A stretch of DNA of 64,000 nucleotides from NCBI GenBank assembly GCA_040768745.1, contig JAXGMI010000001.1:896001-960000 (forward strand), written 5' to 3'. The notes under the pieces are model-generated. The model saw nothing but the letters and a program-made list of their open reading frames with translations. It was not told the DNA's origin and did not search any database. Source of the DNA: Desulfomicrobium sp. (GTDB lineage Bacteria; Desulfobacterota; Desulfovibrionia; Desulfovibrionales; Desulfomicrobiaceae). The stretch's first letter is position 1. Every line of letters begins with the position of its first letter. Shown here in pieces: positions 57,248 through 64,000 of this stretch. The translations under genes and the position numbers were made by a program.

Positions 57248-57361
57248 GCATGTCCTCCAATAGAGTGTGGGGCCGCTGCCGGTCCGCAATTTAATTATGT
57301 CTGATTTGTATCATGGAGTAAACTGGCCATTGCACCACAATTTCGGCAACAGGGGACAGGT

Positions 57362-58654
57362 GTGAACAAGGACGGTGCCGAGGATCGCATTGGCGAAGCC
57401 CTGCTGAAAGCCTTCGCCGCCGAGGATGCGGACAAGTTGCGCCAGGCCCTGAGCCTAACACTGGAAAACGAGGTGGTGCTGGTCCGCTTTCCGCACCGAT
57501 TTTTTGCGGATTGGTTTCAACACAATGGGCAGGACCGCTTCGAGCAGGCCATGGTTGGAGTGGGCCTTGGCGTCGCCTATGGATTCCGGGATCAGGACCG
57601 GGAACGTCCCGCCCAGGAGCCCAGGCTGGCCGGTCAGACCTTGCCCTTTGGGGCAGAATTCATTTTCGATAATTTTCTGGTCAACAACAAGAATGCGTTC
57701 CCCTTGGCTTCGGCCCAGGAAGTGGCCCAGAGTCAGAACGCACACCTCAATCCCTTTGTCCTCTGCGGTGAAAGCGGTTCGGGGAAGTCTTTCCTGTTGC
57801 GGGCCATCGCCAACGTCAAGAGCGAACAAGGACCACAGGACGTATTCGTGGCCGGGATCGAGGAGATGCATGAGCTTTTCACCTCTCGTCGAGACGCCCG
57901 CAAATTTCTCATGTCCAAGAATTTTCTCGGCGTGGACGATCTGCAGGACATCGCCAGATACCAGTACCTGCAAAACGAATTGATAGTCATTTTCGATCAC
58001 TGCCATGACCGGCGAAAGCAGATGGCCTTTGCCTGCGCCGGAAAGATGGCGGGATACACGTTTCTGCTCCCCAAGCTCAAGTCACGGTTGGAGTGGGGCC
58101 TGATCGTCACCCTGAAGGCTCCGGACCTGGATATCCGCACCAGGTATGCCATGTCCCGGGGCCGGGAGCTGCAGATGGATCTGTCCAAGGAGAGGATCCT
58201 GCTCTTGGCCCATCGCTTCAGCGATTTGCGCAACCTCGAGGGCTGCCTCTTGAAACTCTGGGCCTACCGGGAACTGGTCCGTGACCAGATCAGTGACGAC
58301 GAATTTGATAATATTTTGAATTATTTGGATGATAGACCCCGTGTTTCACTGACTGCCGAGCAGATCATGGACACGGTCTGCGCCCAGATGGGGGTCGGTC
58401 GCGAGGAGCTTTTGTCTTCAGGTCGCAAGCACGAGACGGTTTTCGCCCGGCAGGTGGCCATGTTTTTGTGCCGCAGGCATTTGGGTTTGTCCTTCCCTGA
58501 GTTGGGGAAAACCTTTGGGGGACGCGACCATTCCACGGTTCTGTACAGTTGCAGAAAAATAGAACAATTACAGCGCGATGATAAATCAGTGAAAAGCATG
58601 CTACATGCCCTGTCCGAAAAATGTCTGGTCATGAACGAGAAAGGTGTTGCCTAA
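57362..58654 (+). CDS. dnaA: Chromosomal replication initiator DnaA (divergent N-terminus)
   Basis: FDNF, NPF, GESGSGKS, VDDLQ, LKSRLEWGL, RNLEG, RQVAMFL...GGRDHSTV; directly upstream of dnaN. Confidence 0.92.
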   Translation: MNKDGAEDRIGEALLKAFAAEDADKLRQALSLTLENEVVLVRFPHRFFADWFQHNGQDRFEQAMVGVGLGVAYGFRDQDRERPAQEPRLAGQTLPFGAEFIFDNFLVNNKNAFPLASAQEVAQSQNAHLNPFVLCGESGSGKSFLLRAIANVKSEQGPQDVFVAGIEEMHELFTSRRDARKFLMSKNFLGVDDLQDIARYQYLQNELIVIFDHCHDRRKQMAFACAGKMAGYTFLLPKLKSRLEWGLIVTLKAPDLDIRTRYAMSRGRELQMDLSKERILLLAHRFSDLRNLEGCLLKLWAYRELVRDQISDDEFDNILNYLDDRPRVSLTAEQIMDTVCAQMGVGREELLSSGRKHETVFARQVAMFLCRRHLGLSFPELGKTFGGRDHSTVLYSCRKIEQLQRDDKSVKSMLHALSEKCLVMNEKGVA

Positions 58655-58672
58655 ACGGAAAAGGAGTTGGCG

Positions 58673-62265
<3,593 letters not shown>

Positions 62266-62303
62266 CGCGAACCCTATAGCTTCTTCACTGAACCGAGGTG
62301 GAT

Positions 62304-64000
62304 GTGTCCGATATCAGTATCGAGAAAGAACTGCAGAAATCCTACCTGGAATACTCCCTGAGCGTCATCATCGGTCGGGCCATTCCGGATGTGCGCGACG
62401 GTCTGAAACCTGTTCACCGGCGCATCCTTTTCGCCATGCACGAGCTCGGCAACACCTACAACCGGGCCTACAAGAAATCCGCCCGTGTGGTCGGCGATGT
62501 CATCGGCAAGTTCCATCCTCACGGCGATTCGGCCGTGTACGATGCCTTGGTGCGCATGGCCCAGGATTTCAACATGCGTGACCCCCTGGTGGACGGGCAG
62601 GGCAATTTCGGCTCCATTGACGGGGACGCCGCAGCGGCCATGCGGTACACCGAAGTGCGCATGTCCAAGCTGGCCGGCTCTTTTCTGGCAGACATCGAAA
62701 AGGACACGGTGGAGTTCCGGCCCAACTATGACAACTCCCTGCTGGAGCCCGAGGTCCTGCCCACCAAGGTCCCCAATCTCCTGGTCAATGGCTCGTCGGG
62801 TATCGCTGTGGGCATGGCCACCAACATTCCGCCTCACAACCTGGGCGAGGTGGTGGAAGGCACCCTGCACCTGCTGGACAACCCGCAGGCCTCCATCGAC
62901 GAGCTGATGCGCTACATCAAGGCCCCCGACTTCCCGACCGGCGCGCTCCTGTACGGCAAGTCCGGTATCCGCGAGGCCTACCACACCGGCCGCGGCTCCG
63001 TGCGCATCCGCTCGCGCATTGAGATCGAGAAGCGCAAAGGCGACCTGGAATCCATCGTCGTCAGGGAAATTCCCTACGCCCTGAACAAATCCACTCTGGT
63101 GGAAAAGATAGCCATGCTCGTCAACGAACGTAAGATCGAGGGCATCTCGGACCTGCGTGACGAGTCGGACATGAAGGGCATCCGCATCGTCATGGATCTG
63201 AAGAAGGGCGTGTTCTCGGACGTGGTCATCAACCAGCTCTTCAAGTACACCTCGCTGGAAACGAGCTTTGGCATCAACATGATGGCCGTGGTCAGCAACC
63301 GGCCCCAGCTGCTGAACCTCAAGCAGGTTCTGGAGCACTTCCTGGATTACCGGCGAGAGGTCGTCATCAGGCGCTCGCGTTTCGACCTGAAGAAAGCCCA
63401 GCACCGCGCCCACATTCTCGAAGGCCTGCGCATAGCCCTTGATTTTATCGACGAGGTGGTCAGCCTTATTCGGGCCTCGCGCACGCCGCAGGAAGCAAAG
63501 GACAGGTTGCGCGAGCGTTTCGGCCTGTCCGAGATTCAGGCCCAGGCCATCCTGGACATGCGCCTGCAGCGCCTGACCAACCTGGAACGCGAAAAGCTGC
63601 TGGAAGAATACGCCGAACTTCTGAAACAGATCGAATACCTGACCAGCGTTATCGAAAACCCGGACGTGCTCAAAGCCGTGGTCCGCCAGGAGCTGGAAGA
63701 TCTGCGCGACACCTTCGCCAGCCCCCGCAAGTCAGAAATCCTGGCCCACGATCCCGACTCCATCGATATCGAGGACATCATTCCGGACGAGCCAGTGGTC
63801 ATCACCCTGTCCCGCAACGGGTACCTGAAACGGACCAGCCTGGACAACTACCGCCAGCAACGGCGTGGCGGCACAGGCATCACCGGCGTGCAGGTGGCGG
63901 AAGAGGATTTCATCACCTCCATTCTGACCACCTCCAACCACCAGTACATGAACCTGTTCACCAACAAGGGCAGGATGTACCAGATCAAGGTCCATCAGAT
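62304..64000 (+). CDS. gyrA: DNA gyrase subunit A (3' end runs off the window)
   Basis: Manual translation from GTG at 62304: [39 protein letters not shown]...HPHGDS...AAAMRYTE...QRRGGTG (GyrA box). Confidence 0.96.
   Translation, partial: MSDISIEKELQKSYLEYSLSVIIGRAIPDVRDGLKPVHRRILFAMHELGNTYNRAYKKSARVVGDVIGKFHPHGDSAVYDALVRMAQDFNMRDPLVDGQGNFGSIDGDAAAAMRYTEVRMSKLAGSFLADIEKDTVEFRPNYDNSLLEPEVLPTKVPNLLVNGSSGIAVGMATNIPPHNLGEVVEGTLHLLDNPQASIDELMRYIKAPDFPTGALLYGKSGIREAYHTGRGSVRIRSRIEIEKRKGDLESIVVREIPYALNKSTLVEKIAMLVNERKIEGISDLRDESDMKGIRIVMDLKKGVFSDVVINQLFKYTSLETSFGINMMAVVSNRPQLLNLKQVLEHFLDYRREVVIRRSRFDLKKAQHRAHILEGLRIALDFIDEVVSLIRASRTPQEAKDRLRERFGLSEIQAQAILDMRLQRLTNLEREKLLEEYAELLKQIEYLTSVIENPDVLKAVVRQELEDLRDTFASPRKSEILAHDPDSIDIEDIIPDEPVVITLSRNGYLKRTSLDNYRQQRRGGTGITGVQVAEEDFITSILTTSNHQYMNLFTNKGRMYQIKVHQ

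Noticed and set aside
57248..57361. oriC immediately upstream of dnaA
   Set aside because: The gap is only ~115 bp and has no TTATCCACA-like boxes; the dnaA-dnaN gap is 18 bp.

Overview
Chromosomal segment of a GC-rich sulfate-reducing deltaproteobacterium (gene content suggests Desulfovibrionales, e.g. Desulfomicrobium-like; this is inference). Most of the window is housekeeping: lpxK, rnr, the rpmH-rnpA-yidD-yidC-jag-mnmE operon, tRNA-fMet, cheX, the six-gene Ech hydrogenase operon, pilD, argC, polA, cobU, an EndoQ-UvrD fusion, a PilS-like kinase, rfbA, nrdJ, ftsEX, ilvD, purB/pyrE and dnaA-dnaN-gyrB-gyrA. The first ~6 kb is an accessory hotspot. It holds a type IVa pilin with a low-GC, sequon-rich C-terminal domain and a VKOR-thioredoxin fusion. 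It also holds a RAYT/Y1 HUH transposase with a DnaA domain IV-like tail, bracketed by covarying 27-bp inverted hairpin ends. The best candidate for an undescribed system is a small stand-alone GIY-YIG nuclease gene in the middle of a 1.8-kb array of 12 + 11 inverted REP-like hairpin arms, where the gene occupies the spacer position of one repeat unit. All calls come from reading motifs by eye; no database searches were run.
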